Of a DNA stretch of 64,000 nt, positions 48,526 through 58,503 are shown one piece after another (position 1 is the first letter of the stretch; each line of letters starts with the position of its first letter). The notes beneath the pieces are model-generated. The model was not told where the DNA came from, ran no database searches, and worked only from the letters and a program-made list of their open reading frames with translations. This DNA comes from a virus (taxonomy: Duplodnaviria > Caudoviricetes), in IMG/VR virus record IMGVR_UViG_3300021431_000005, positions 1 through 64,000 of that record; one strand, written 5' to 3'. The position numbers and the translations under genes are program-made.

Positions 48526-51362
48526 AAATCATCGACTCCCTCAATTTCAGCTTCTGTAAGAGCAACAAACTGTATGCCCAATCTTTCAGCAAGAGCCTGA
48601 ACTGCTCCGTCAGCGACCCCATGTATTTTTAAATTCGCATTATTTCCGACAAATAATTTGTCAATGTAAGTATCGTCACTAATTGTAATATTGTCAGAGT
48701 AGAAATAAATATCTGTCAAAGAAGCATTACCGCATATAAAATTTGTATTATTTGTAGGAGCAATATATACAAAATCTGTAACCCTTAAAATTCTTAAATC
48801 TGCATTGCCACAAATTGTATAAGATGCCTGTGCGTTATGAACCAAGAAACCTTTTATAACAATTTCCTCAGTGCCGCTGATTCCCGCCCCGAAACCGCCG
48901 CTGTTGATAAGAGTTCCGATTTTCAAAACGCTACCAACAGACGAACCATTAAACATACTTGCGTTGTTGACCGTCTGTCCTGTGATCTCAACAGATTTTG
49001 CGGAGCTGGTAGAAAACATACTGCCAGTATTTTCAACACTTCCAATTTTTACAATTGTATTGGGAGAAGTTGTACCACAATAGAAGCTGTCTCTTGCCGT
49101 CTGAGTAGTAAGTTTACCGCTGACATCAATCGTGTTTTCATCTTCACTGTCATTCACAAACGAACTATAAACGTAACAGTTATTCATCGTGAAGTCGCCA
49201 TTGATAATTATAGTTGCGTGAATATTACTCATAACCATATATCCATTACTTGAAGCGGTATTGTTAATAGTTAAATTATGTTTAAACCAAACCTTTTCAA
49301 GACTTTCACAATGATAAATAAAGTACGCACGATTAGACGCATTATTAGACGATGGGCTATACGCACTTACAGTTAATGGAATTTCACCGAACACAATTTG
49401 CTTACAATCAGGAAGATTATAAAACGCATTCGCACTGTTGCCTGTTCCGACCCTTGTAAGAAAAGAAGCCAAATATTTCGGATAGTAAATATAATTAAGA
49501 CCATTTTTGTTTGACATAGCAGAATAATATAGATTTATTTCGTTGATGACATTCGGGTAGCTTAAACTATAAACATATCCGCTATAAACATTTGTGAGGT
49601 AAGTGTCTAAGTAAGCAGAATACGTTCCCTCAGTGGTGTAATTTTCTACCTCAAAATCTCCCTCGACAGTCTGGTTTACACTGAGCATAGAAGCGTTGTA
49701 ACCTTTTCCCATCGTGTAATATGTTTTGCCATCAATTACTGTTTTATCAACAGCTAATGGTGAATAGTTTTGAATAATTCTTTGTACATAATACAGTCTT
49801 TTACTCGGACAATTCCTAATACTCATTTTAAAAACTCTGTTTGCAGTACTCGCCCAATTAGCTTTTAGTTTTAGATTACCATGAGGATTCTCATGTGTAG
49901 AGTTGGCATAATAAATATTATCATCTTTGTCAGTCCAATAAGTGAACTCGTAACCCTCTTTTGAAAAATCGTCCAGTCGGTTTCCTTCGTCATATCCTCT
50001 TGATACCACAAAATTTTCGTCATTAGAAGAAACTAGGGTCGAGGGTACGAATCCAGTTCCACCGTTAGTATCATAACTTACAGAATACACAATCTCCCTC
50101 TTTTCTGTATACAGTGAATCTATGTAAATATCAGTATTCAGATATTTTAAGTTGGTTGCTTCTATGCTTATCTCACCAGTGTCCAGCGGATAAGTTATAG
50201 AATCAATAATAAATCCGTCACCATCCAAATTAAACTGTGGATCAGTAATCACGATGACATCACCACGGTTGAGATGTAGATACGGAATAGTGTTGAAGTG
50301 AACCTTTAAAGCCAAACAGGTTTCTTTCAACATTCTGTATTCGGCATAATCCTTACACCTTTTTTCAACCGAACCCTCACTGGGGTCGCCTGCATTTATG
50401 GTGATTACACCGCCATTTTCGGGAAGTGTTCTCGCACCTATTTTATCGTAACAAAGCGGAGAACGAGGATTGTGATTTATTGCCGTATATTGGGCGTTTT
50501 CGGTTTCCGTGTTATCCGTTGAAACAATTATTTTATTGACACCTTTCATGTCTGTCGATAAGCTGGGAGCAATGTAACCATGAATGTTACTGTCAAATTT
50601 ATGAGCAGGAGATTTAAAAGCATACCAATAAGGTATATCATCATTAAACACTCTTGTGATAACCAATCTTCCAAGAGCATCATAGAAAATATCGCAGCCG
50701 AAGCAAGTAGCAATTTCCGTAAAGAAGTCTCCGAAATAACTTCCTGCGCTCATAGTAAATTCTTTATATAAACATTGTTTTGCTATGTCAGGGTCAATAA
50801 GCGGTTCAATCGGGTCGAGAACAAATCCGTTTCCCAAGTCAAGCATCAGAATACTCTTGACACATTCTTCTATGTTTGTACCGATTTCAAAAACCGTGTC
50901 CATTTCGTCAGCCTGTAATACGTTTAAGTCACCGTTAAGCTGTGCATACTTATCAACTCCGCTTATGTCAACCGTGTGTGCCACACTGTCACAGCTTGCA
51001 GAAGAAGTGATGAACACACCTTTTGTAAACCAAAAAGTATTGGTATAATCAGTCAATCCAAGATACAATTTGAATTTTCGGTTGAACCAAAAGAAATTAT
51101 TTTCATCAATAGTGTATTTTTCGTTAACATTAATTAAAGTAAAAGAGCAGGATCGCTGACAACCCTGCTCATTATTTACAACTATACTGCCTGCGCTGCT
51201 GGAATCAATGTCTTGCTCTATCGAATCAATACAGTTCTCGAAATGGTCTAGTAATTCAATCTTCATTCTCATTGAGCGCACAGGCTTTTCAACCATATCA
51301 TAGTAACTCACGTTGCCATCGTTAGTAGTATCGTAGTATTCCAATAGACCACTTCCTTTCAA
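48522..51362 (-). CDS. Tail hub/Tal-like protein with InlB B-repeat and beta-solenoid C-terminus
   Basis: RSCSFTL, FKLYLG, GVF, FYD..GRL; VSYDTNGG.G...GYEF..W.......Y.......L.LKA.W. Confidence 0.65.
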   Translation of the reverse strand: MKGSGLLEYYDTTNDGNVSYYDMVEKPVRSMRMKIELLDHFENCIDSIEQDIDSSSAGSIVVNNEQGCQRSCSFTLINVNEKYTIDENNFFWFNRKFKLYLGLTDYTNTFWFTKGVFITSSASCDSVAHTVDISGVDKYAQLNGDLNVLQADEMDTVFEIGTNIEECVKSILMLDLGNGFVLDPIEPLIDPDIAKQCLYKEFTMSAGSYFGDFFTEIATCFGCDIFYDALGRLVITRVFNDDIPYWYAFKSPAHKFDSNIHGYIAPSLSTDMKGVNKIIVSTDNTETENAQYTAINHNPRSPLCYDKIGARTLPENGGVITINAGDPSEGSVEKRCKDYAEYRMLKETCLALKVHFNTIPYLHLNRGDVIVITDPQFNLDGDGFIIDSITYPLDTGEISIEATNLKYLNTDIYIDSLYTEKREIVYSVSYDTNGGTGFVPSTLVSSNDENFVVSRGYDEGNRLDDFSKEGYEFTYWTDKDDNIYYANSTHENPHGNLKLKANWASTANRVFKMSIRNCPSKRLYYVQRIIQNYSPLAVDKTVIDGKTYYTMGKGYNASMLSVNQTVEGDFEVENYTTEGTYSAYLDTYLTNVYSGYVYSLSYPNVINEINLYYSAMSNKNGLNYIYYPKYLASFLTRVGTGNSANAFYNLPDCKQIVFGEIPLTVSAYSPSSNNASNRAYFIYHCESLEKVWFKHNLTINNTASSNGYMVMSNIHATIIINGDFTMNNCYVYSSFVNDSEDENTIDVSGKLTTQTARDSFYCGTTSPNTIVKIGSVENTGSMFSTSSAKSVEITGQTVNNASMFNGSSVGSVLKIGTLINSGGFGAGISGTEEIVIKGFLVHNAQASYTICGNADLRILRVTDFVYIAPTNNTNFICGNASLTDIYFYSDNITISDDTYIDKLFVGNNANLKIHGVADGAVQALAERLGIQFVALTEAEIEGVDDL

Positions 51363-53498
51363 TTATTTAATTTTGTATTGTATAATGTCTATATCTTCGG
51401 GCTTCATGATTTCTACCCAAGAATACGATGCAGTTGTTAGTATCGGATTAAACGTTTCATCATACGAACGTGAAGGATTGTCTGAAATAGCAACGATCCA
51501 AACATCGCCCTTGTCAGAACGCAGAATAAACGCGTTGTCACCCGTGATAAACTTGTTCCACCTGTCAACCTTTTCAATGTCATCGTATATCTCACCCGAA
51601 GGACATTCAAGCGACAAAAGCCTTGTTCTGAAAGTTCCCGACTGATAAATATTATTAGTGCGTGTAACAGTGGGGTATGCAGAAGTCCCGACATGAATGT
51701 TGAGTCCAAGATTATGAGCGATGTCTCCCGAATCAATTTCAGAAATAAAATGCCATGTTTCGCCAACTACATACGGTTCTTTAGCGAATACAAAAGAGTA
51801 TGCGCTTATATCCGAAGCGGTTCTAACCTTTTCCTTGGATAAGTGCCTAACATACTTACCGAACGCCATTTCTGCCCTACCATACTTTTCAAGGTAGCCC
51901 GTGTAGGGGTGAATAGAAGTTATCGTCCACCCATCCCACGCAGTCTTGACAGGAGTTATTGTGTAAGGTTTGTAATTATCTTCGGGAACGTAAGTTGGAA
52001 CTTCTTTGATGGTTCTCGAAATTAGATATTCATATTCCCGATTGTTTCCCGCAGTATAATCAATATACTGCATTACTGTTCCAATTGGTATAAACCCTAA
52101 TCGTCCCCAAAGATAATCTCCAACCTCTCGTCTAAAAACATTATAACCATCAGTGTCAAAATGCACTAAGCTACTTTGTCCGGTAAGTCCAATAACAACA
52201 TTCTGATTCTCTCCGTCAACAATAACATTATGTCCAGTAATAGGAGAATCCTGTGTAGGCATATCAACCTTGATATGCTTAGTGACTGTCAACTGTTGCT
52301 TTTCATAGGTTGTTAGGGTTGTTTCAACATTTATATCCTCACCAAGAACATACTGAGGGAAATTATATCCTAAGTCATAGCTGTATATTTCACAGCTGTC
52401 ACCAATCAAAGTATCTTCGCCAAGATAAATCGAATATTTTGCTCCTGTTTCGGGAACAACAGGCAATGGGTAGGCAAGTGCTGCAATTCCGTATTCACTG
52501 TTATAATTGATAATTGTAGAACTATATCCCTCGTCAACAGTACCCGAATGAGAACCAACGATTCTTTCTATGATGATTTTCTTACCTACAATATTCTGTT
52601 CGATCTCAGTACCGATAAGAATATTTTTGGAATCAACATACGCTTCTGTGTCGGAAGTTTTCGCCTGAATCGTTCCACTCATAGTAGTATTGCCCTCAGT
52701 CTGATACAATCTCATACGATAGTTTTCAAGTCCCACACTATTGGGGTGGAAGTAAGTGTTTGTTACTCTTAGCCCAAGAGGACAAGGGATTGTTTCAGTT
52801 GCTGTCTGCACTTCATCTCGAATGTAAAAATCATAAGAACCCTCGGTTTCAGAACCACTTGTACTTATGAAATTGCAGTTCAGAAAATACTGAGCATTGT
52901 TTATGTTGTCAGCAACGTCTGTCGAAAAATCTGCTTCAACTGTCACCATTCCAGTAGCAGAATCATAGTCAACAACCATGCGCTCCTCGTCACCGATTCT
53001 CATTTTGGTACAACCGATTATATCACCCGTGTCCCCCCATTCCGAGGGTGCTTCGAGTTTAGGTATTCCAGTTGCGATTTTAAATTGATGATAGTTTTGC
53101 GCCCACTCAATTTTACCCGAAGCATAAGGCACACAACAGTTTGGAATGTTTTGAAATGCTCCTGTAATATCAGCCATATTTGCATACAGTGTCAGACTAA
53201 GTTTATAATGCTTACCTGTGTACAATACTGCGCCATCATCATCGCCCGAAGCATTTATAAATATCTTCGGCACACTGCCTTTTTGCCATGCGTATTTTCC
53301 GTCATTGAACCAACGGTAAACAGTTTTTTTGACTAGCTTATTATTAGTGCAATTAAAAATACTCACAGTACAATACGCCAGCGTGTCACACCAGTTCGTA
53401 AACGATAATACGATCTGATTATCCGAATCTATCGACACAACTTTACCATTTCTCAGATTTACGTCTGTTGGTGTTGCCAGTGCTGTTCTTCCTGCCAT
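51363..53498 (-). CDS. Distal tail/baseplate protein with FnIII-like domain
   Basis: Directly follows the TMP; YNVFRRE...YIDYT..NN..YEY; LR.DKG..W.V.I. Confidence 0.6.
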   Translation of the reverse strand: MAGRTALATPTDVNLRNGKVVSIDSDNQIVLSFTNWCDTLAYCTVSIFNCTNNKLVKKTVYRWFNDGKYAWQKGSVPKIFINASGDDDGAVLYTGKHYKLSLTLYANMADITGAFQNIPNCCVPYASGKIEWAQNYHQFKIATGIPKLEAPSEWGDTGDIIGCTKMRIGDEERMVVDYDSATGMVTVEADFSTDVADNINNAQYFLNCNFISTSGSETEGSYDFYIRDEVQTATETIPCPLGLRVTNTYFHPNSVGLENYRMRLYQTEGNTTMSGTIQAKTSDTEAYVDSKNILIGTEIEQNIVGKKIIIERIVGSHSGTVDEGYSSTIINYNSEYGIAALAYPLPVVPETGAKYSIYLGEDTLIGDSCEIYSYDLGYNFPQYVLGEDINVETTLTTYEKQQLTVTKHIKVDMPTQDSPITGHNVIVDGENQNVVIGLTGQSSLVHFDTDGYNVFRREVGDYLWGRLGFIPIGTVMQYIDYTAGNNREYEYLISRTIKEVPTYVPEDNYKPYTITPVKTAWDGWTITSIHPYTGYLEKYGRAEMAFGKYVRHLSKEKVRTASDISAYSFVFAKEPYVVGETWHFISEIDSGDIAHNLGLNIHVGTSAYPTVTRTNNIYQSGTFRTRLLSLECPSGEIYDDIEKVDRWNKFITGDNAFILRSDKGDVWIVAISDNPSRSYDETFNPILTTASYSWVEIMKPEDIDIIQYKIK

Positions 53499-53526
53499 GA
53501 GGTCATCTCCTTTCATATTATAATTA

Positions 53527-53549
53527 AGAGGGGTTGTTACACCCCTCTA
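53527..53549. terminator. Hairpin after the tape measure gene
   Basis: agagggg-ttgttaca-cccctct. Confidence 0.5.
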
Positions 53550-53560
53550 TATTAATAGTA

Positions 53561-56500
53561 TCATTTCTTGCCAACCAAACGATTCATGTTGGCTTCACGG
53601 ATATACCTATCCATATATCCCCTGAACTCATCATAATTCTTCGCTCTGATGTCGTTACCAGTAAATACAATAGTTGTAGAATTATCTATGCTTCCAGTAG
53701 TTCGCTCGGTAATTCTATCTATGGTTTTGTTATTCATGTAATTCGGAGTTCCGTTAAAGGCACTTGGGTAATTCATAGAACCCGAGAATACACTTGGCGC
53801 ACTATTCATAAACCTGTTCATCTGTTCTGTTTGTCCTGTACTCAATAATTTCCACAGCGTTGAAATCTGCTTATTGTTGAGAACCATTTCAGGATTAGAC
53901 GGTGTTCCATGAAGCATCGCAGGCCCCGTAAAGTCTACAATGCCGCCCTTAGAAAATCCTCTGAATGCCTTTAAAACACCTTCAAACAGAGAACCGATTA
54001 CACCAGATTCTCCACCTTCCCTCAATGCAGAGGTAAATGCTTTTAATGCAAGAGTTTGTTTCTCGGTTGCATTAGCAAATCTTACAGAGTATTCTTCGTA
54101 GAAATCAAGGTATCCCTCTTGTTCCTTCTTTAGCTTTTCATACTGGTCGATTTGCTTGTCATACTCTTTGATTACGCTCTGTGCATCTTCGATTTGAGGT
54201 TCGATAATATAGTGTAACTGATTCTGGAATCCTGCATAATTCAGTGCAAAGGAGTTAATAAGTCCAGTGTCTTTTGCCATAACAGCATCACGCCAGCCAT
54301 AACCAAGTATAGCTGCGGCATTGATTTCGTCCTGTGCATTTTTATACGAGTCGATTGCTTCTTGCCATGCTTCCTTATACTTTTCGTATGCCTCGATCTT
54401 CTCGTCAATCAAAGCAGTTTCTGCATCCCGCTGGCTTTCAAGTTCAGCTATACGATTATTATTGAGCGCATCATCATATTCTCGCTGTGCCTGTTCGAGT
54501 ACCGATTTGTCGCTTTCTATTCTGAATCCGCCACGTTCTTTATCGTAAACTCTGACTTGGGTGTTCCTTGCTTTTGCGAGTGCCAGTTCTTTTTCTCGGA
54601 GTTCGTTAGCACGATCACGTTCTTCATTTTCAGATTTAAGAGCGTCGATCTCGGTGTTGTATCTATCTTCAATTAACTTCTTCTCGTCTTCGAGAGACTT
54701 GATTTCTCGGTCGATTGCGTTCGATACCGCACTTGCCGCACTTTCATAATTAGAGATGATTGTTTCAAGAGCTTCTTTTTGCTCATTGAGGGATTCAAGA
54801 ATTTCATTCTGCTTATCTTTCTCTTCTTCAATAGCCTTGATTTTATCATCGTACAACTTAATTTGATTTTTGAGTTTAATAATAACATCGTTATACCCCG
54901 TGATAGATTCGGGTAACTCTTGTAATCTTGCTATAAGATTGTCAATGGCTTTGATTTGAGATTTATCAGTAAGCGTAGTCCTAATACTTCGCAGAGTTTC
55001 AACCAAATTGTCAGGCGCATTATCTCTAAGTTCAACAAGTTTTCCACGGAGTTTATCTGTATCGTCTATAACAGATATAAGCTCAGGATGGGCAGTAACT
55101 AATCCCCACGCTTCGTCATTATATGTACCTTCGTCAATTGAGTCGATGATCTGTTGTATAGATTCTACATCGCTCTTAATTGCATCTGCCTCATCAGAAT
55201 ACGAAGAGTAATCAAAAGACCCAGACGCAGCCTCCCAAAACTTCTTCGTCAGTTCGTTTATTTTGCTCGCAGCATTTTTAGCCGCTTCTTCTGCACCTTC
55301 GCCGGTAAATTCAAAACCGACCCTAAGTTTGAGATAGTCTTCTCCACCGCTAAGTACCTTTTGTGCATAATCTCTGACTTCTTCGTCACTAAGGAATCTA
55401 GGTGTGCCGTCCTTATCGTATGTTCGAGAAGAAAAGTTTGCCGCACCATTTCCTGAATTAGAAACGATAGTGGTAACTTTACCACCATTTTTAAGCCAAG
55501 CGTTGCCGCCTTTTTCGTATTCTTTAAGGGTATCAAAATACTCCTTGACCTTTTCAGCAGGACTTCTCGTGTCAACATTAACAGGTTGGTTAAACAATAT
55601 ATCAAGCAGGGTTTTCCAACTTGCCGTATTTTCTTTCGCTTTAAGAATATCGTCGTTGAGTGCCTTGACTTTCTTAGTATAATCTGCATACTCAGCCGCA
55701 TCACTCGGAGAACTGATATTATCAGGGGAAGTCACAGTATAGCTTTCTTTGATTGTATCAAGCTGTTTCTCTTTATCTTCCGCCCATTTCTCATTCGCTT
55801 CAATTTCTTTCTGTATGGTTTCTTTGGTTGACTTAAAGAAATTGTTTCTTGCTGTTTCAATATCAGAAAGCGCAATGGTGTAGCCGTCTGCGGTTTTAGT
55901 AAACTTGTCGGCGAGACTAGCATCAATATCAATAAGTTCTTTAACGTCAGCCGCTGAAAGACTCTCGCCTTGTAATAGAGCAGAGCGAGCGGAATCAAGT
56001 CTCGAAAGGCTTTCATTGGTTTTACTGTATGTTTCGTCCTTGAACTTTTTGAGATTCTGATTATAACCATCAAGCAGACTGTTGATTCCCACGGTCTTTT
56101 CAGCAATCATCGACTCAATATCATTGAATGTGGATTCTACGGTGTCCTTTGTAGCCGTATCATTATCGTCAATGCTTTTAAGAGCTACGTCCTTTAACGT
56201 TTTGATTGTTTCAGACCATGTATAAATCTCGGCGCTGTTGGATGAGCCGACGATGTTTTGAGCGTAATTGTAAGCGTTGTTTAGAATCTGCTGAATATCC
56301 TCGGGAATTTCACCCTCGTTGGATTCTCCACCGTCAATCAATTTCTGCATTTCCTCAAACGAAGAAATCAATTCTTTGTCGCGAGATATTTTTTCTTTGA
56401 GTTCTTTGCGCTTTTTATCAATCGCAGTTAACCACGCCATCTCGTTCTTGTTGCTCTTATCTATTGCGCCATCCAAGTCTTTCCAGAGTTTATCAAGAGT

Positions 56501-57613
56501 ATCTGCCTGTTCTTCAAGAGTACCAAATATACCGATATAATTGTAATTTTTGCTACCTTCTATTCCTTGGCGATACCCAATGTTTTGGTACTTCTCAATA
56601 GTTTCTTTATATTTTTCCCAATTTCCCCAACCACTTGCCTTTATTTCTGTTATACCTTTTGTTCCAAAAGAAAGATAAGTGCCGCCGTTGGACATTGTAA
56701 AATCTTTGCCAGCAAATTGACTCTCCTGTTTTAATTCATCTTTGGCATTATCATACCCTGTTTGATTCTCGTTAATAAATTCCTTGGCTCTTTCATAACG
56801 AGCCTTCTGTATCAGGTTAAGATTCTCAACATATTTGCCGTTGACTAAATCAACAGCCTTAGCTTCGTCACCCAGTTTTTCAACCAGCTTATCCTGAATA
56901 GAAGTCAGTTCTTCCTTCGACTTAGTTAAGTCTTCGCCGCTTAAAGCAAGTTTGTCATAAGTGTCAATCAGTTCTTCAATGGCTTCCTGTTCGTTTTTAT
57001 ACTCTTCGACATTTTCTTTGAGCTTTTCAATAGTCTCTTCTATATCAGCTTGTGCTTCTTTTTCTTTGTTGATAAACGTGGTTATTCCAGCGATTATACT
57101 AGAAATTGCCATAGAGACACCAAATGTTAATACTGCATTGAGTGCTACGTTCGCCGCTGTATAAGCCACAGTCTTAGCCGTTGCTCCGACAAGCTGTTTA
57201 GCGCAATCTCCAAATCCCATCTTTGCGCCGTTAAGCCCCTTAATAGTTCCGCCGAGTTTTCCATCAAGGTCTGAAAGAGCATTGGTGTATGCAGTTACCT
57301 GTTCGGGTGCGCCATGTTTTACTAGGTCATTATACTGCTTGATAGCTTTAAAACGCCCTACGATGCCGTTAGACAAATCAATCTGGGACTTATAGAAACT
57401 CTCCATGCTTACATTGGCGGCGTCAGTGTTTTTAGCAAACTCAATAAGGTCTTTGTTTACGTGTTTTAGAGAGTCGAGATTGCCACCCCGATATATTGCA
57501 GTATCTATTTCTTTAAAATCATCAACAGAATATTGAGAAAGTTTATTATATTTTAACCCTTTTAAAAATTCTATCCTTTTTTTATTTGTTGTTTTGTCGT
57601 TTATATTTACTAT
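53561..57613 (-). CDS. Tape measure protein, exon 2 (1350 aa)
   Basis: Long coiled coil with a TM-like segment (AANVALNAVLTFGV..AIS); C-terminal GFSKGG.VDFTGPAMLHGT...PEMVLN; no RBS at the tracked start. Confidence 0.85.
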   Translation of the reverse strand: MVNINDKTTNKKRIEFLKGLKYNKLSQYSVDDFKEIDTAIYRGGNLDSLKHVNKDLIEFAKNTDAANVSMESFYKSQIDLSNGIVGRFKAIKQYNDLVKHGAPEQVTAYTNALSDLDGKLGGTIKGLNGAKMGFGDCAKQLVGATAKTVAYTAANVALNAVLTFGVSMAISSIIAGITTFINKEKEAQADIEETIEKLKENVEEYKNEQEAIEELIDTYDKLALSGEDLTKSKEELTSIQDKLVEKLGDEAKAVDLVNGKYVENLNLIQKARYERAKEFINENQTGYDNAKDELKQESQFAGKDFTMSNGGTYLSFGTKGITEIKASGWGNWEKYKETIEKYQNIGYRQGIEGSKNYNYIGIFGTLEEQADTLDKLWKDLDGAIDKSNKNEMAWLTAIDKKRKELKEKISRDKELISSFEEMQKLIDGGESNEGEIPEDIQQILNNAYNYAQNIVGSSNSAEIYTWSETIKTLKDVALKSIDDNDTATKDTVESTFNDIESMIAEKTVGINSLLDGYNQNLKKFKDETYSKTNESLSRLDSARSALLQGESLSAADVKELIDIDASLADKFTKTADGYTIALSDIETARNNFFKSTKETIQKEIEANEKWAEDKEKQLDTIKESYTVTSPDNISSPSDAAEYADYTKKVKALNDDILKAKENTASWKTLLDILFNQPVNVDTRSPAEKVKEYFDTLKEYEKGGNAWLKNGGKVTTIVSNSGNGAANFSSRTYDKDGTPRFLSDEEVRDYAQKVLSGGEDYLKLRVGFEFTGEGAEEAAKNAASKINELTKKFWEAASGSFDYSSYSDEADAIKSDVESIQQIIDSIDEGTYNDEAWGLVTAHPELISVIDDTDKLRGKLVELRDNAPDNLVETLRSIRTTLTDKSQIKAIDNLIARLQELPESITGYNDVIIKLKNQIKLYDDKIKAIEEEKDKQNEILESLNEQKEALETIISNYESAASAVSNAIDREIKSLEDEKKLIEDRYNTEIDALKSENEERDRANELREKELALAKARNTQVRVYDKERGGFRIESDKSVLEQAQREYDDALNNNRIAELESQRDAETALIDEKIEAYEKYKEAWQEAIDSYKNAQDEINAAAILGYGWRDAVMAKDTGLINSFALNYAGFQNQLHYIIEPQIEDAQSVIKEYDKQIDQYEKLKKEQEGYLDFYEEYSVRFANATEKQTLALKAFTSALREGGESGVIGSLFEGVLKAFRGFSKGGIVDFTGPAMLHGTPSNPEMVLNNKQISTLWKLLSTGQTEQMNRFMNSAPSVFSGSMNYPSAFNGTPNYMNNKTIDRITERTTGSIDNSTTIVFTGNDIRAKNYDEFRGYMDRYIREANMNRLVGKK

Positions 57614-57641
57614 CGGACTTATAAATATATGTGGGAATATA

Positions 57642-57670
57642 TTGACAAAAATATAATTGCATGATATAAT
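57642..57670 (+). promoter_or_regulatory. Perfect sigma-A promoter inside the intron, antisense to the TMP gene
   Basis: TTGACA (57642-57647), 17 bp, TATAAT (57665-57670), then AAAGGAG RBS. Confidence 0.9.
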
Positions 57671-57681
57671 AATCAAAGGAG

Positions 57682-58149
57682 ATGATGAGAATGTCAGAGA
57701 AATATGTATTTATATGCCCAAAGTGTGGTCAAGTGGAGGGAATTACTTATCCTCATGGAACCATCGTTAATTGTTGTTTCTGTGAAACTCAATTATTAGA
57801 AACCAGTCTTACATTACATGAATCGGCTGAAGCAATAAGAAATGGTACGATTGAAATTATTGACCGCAAACTGTTCGAGCAGTATGTAAAAAACAATCCC
57901 TTGTATGACCAAAATGAGGCAGAACTTTCAAAGCTTAAAAGAGAAACTAATAAGATAGCGAACGAGATGCGGTACGCCGCCGAACGTGCTGTCAAAGAAG
58001 CAAACAAACCGCATTGTCCAGTATGCAACTCAACCAATGTTGAGCGGATCGGCGCAGTCCGCAAAGGTGTTTCAATTGCCGTTTTCGGATTGTTCAGCGG
58101 TGATATTGGAAAGACGATGGTTTGCAATAATTGCGGATATAAGTTCTAA
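57682..58149 (+). CDS. Intron-borne antisense cargo: double zinc-ribbon protein with a hydrophobic segment
   Basis: CPKC...CCFC and CPVC...CNNC; GVSIAVFGLFSG between the last two Cys pairs; no GIY-YIG, HNH or LAGLIDADG motif. Confidence 0.85.
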   Translation: MMRMSEKYVFICPKCGQVEGITYPHGTIVNCCFCETQLLETSLTLHESAEAIRNGTIEIIDRKLFEQYVKNNPLYDQNEAELSKLKRETNKIANEMRYAAERAVKEANKPHCPVCNSTNVERIGAVRKGVSIAVFGLFSGDIGKTMVCNNCGYKF

Positions 58150-58503
58150 AAACATTGTATTGATTTCGCCCTTTTCCCACTATGGCGGCGTGACCATATA
58201 TGATTTTTCAGTATTAAATACTGTTGTCCAGAGTACCCCATCACGATTTTCTACATATCGTTGTAGTTGACCGTGCTACCATTATACTCGTTGAACCTTC
58301 CTTTTCCAAGGCTTGGCTGCGGATTCGATAGCATTTCAGCTATCCTCCCCGAGCGAGAATCATAAAACTCGCTGTGCTATGCACCATGTTCGGTAGTTTT
58401 TCCAAAGCTCTCTTGTTGATATTACGAATACAATATCAACTCGTTCCGTGTTACCACCAGAGCTTACTCGGGCATATTCGCTGAGGGCAAACATTTTAGC
58501 CCT

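Larger units (their letters stand above)
57614..58503 (-). ncRNA. Group I self-splicing intron in the tape measure gene
   Basis: P1 CUCGGGU/GCCCGAG with terminal U.G; P3 CUACC/GGUAG; AAUCCGCAGCCAAG...GAAGGUUCAACGAGUA; P7 A(C)GAGUA/UACUCU; P9.0 GGAC/GUCC before the terminal G; removal rejoins the frame. Confidence 0.88.

Noticed and set aside
53561-57676. Independent second TMP gene starting at 57676
   Set aside because: Its first 21 codons are the reverse complement of the cargo promoter region and intron 3' end, and it has no RBS. It is better explained as exon 2.
57682-58149. Homing endonuclease or IS transposase
   Set aside because: No GIY-YIG, HNH, LAGLIDADG, DDE or HUH motifs; antisense orientation; no terminal repeats or target duplication seen.
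57986-58270. 94-aa + strand ORF overlapping the cargo gene
   Set aside because: It overlaps the cargo out of frame and the antisense of the ribozyme core; no RBS.
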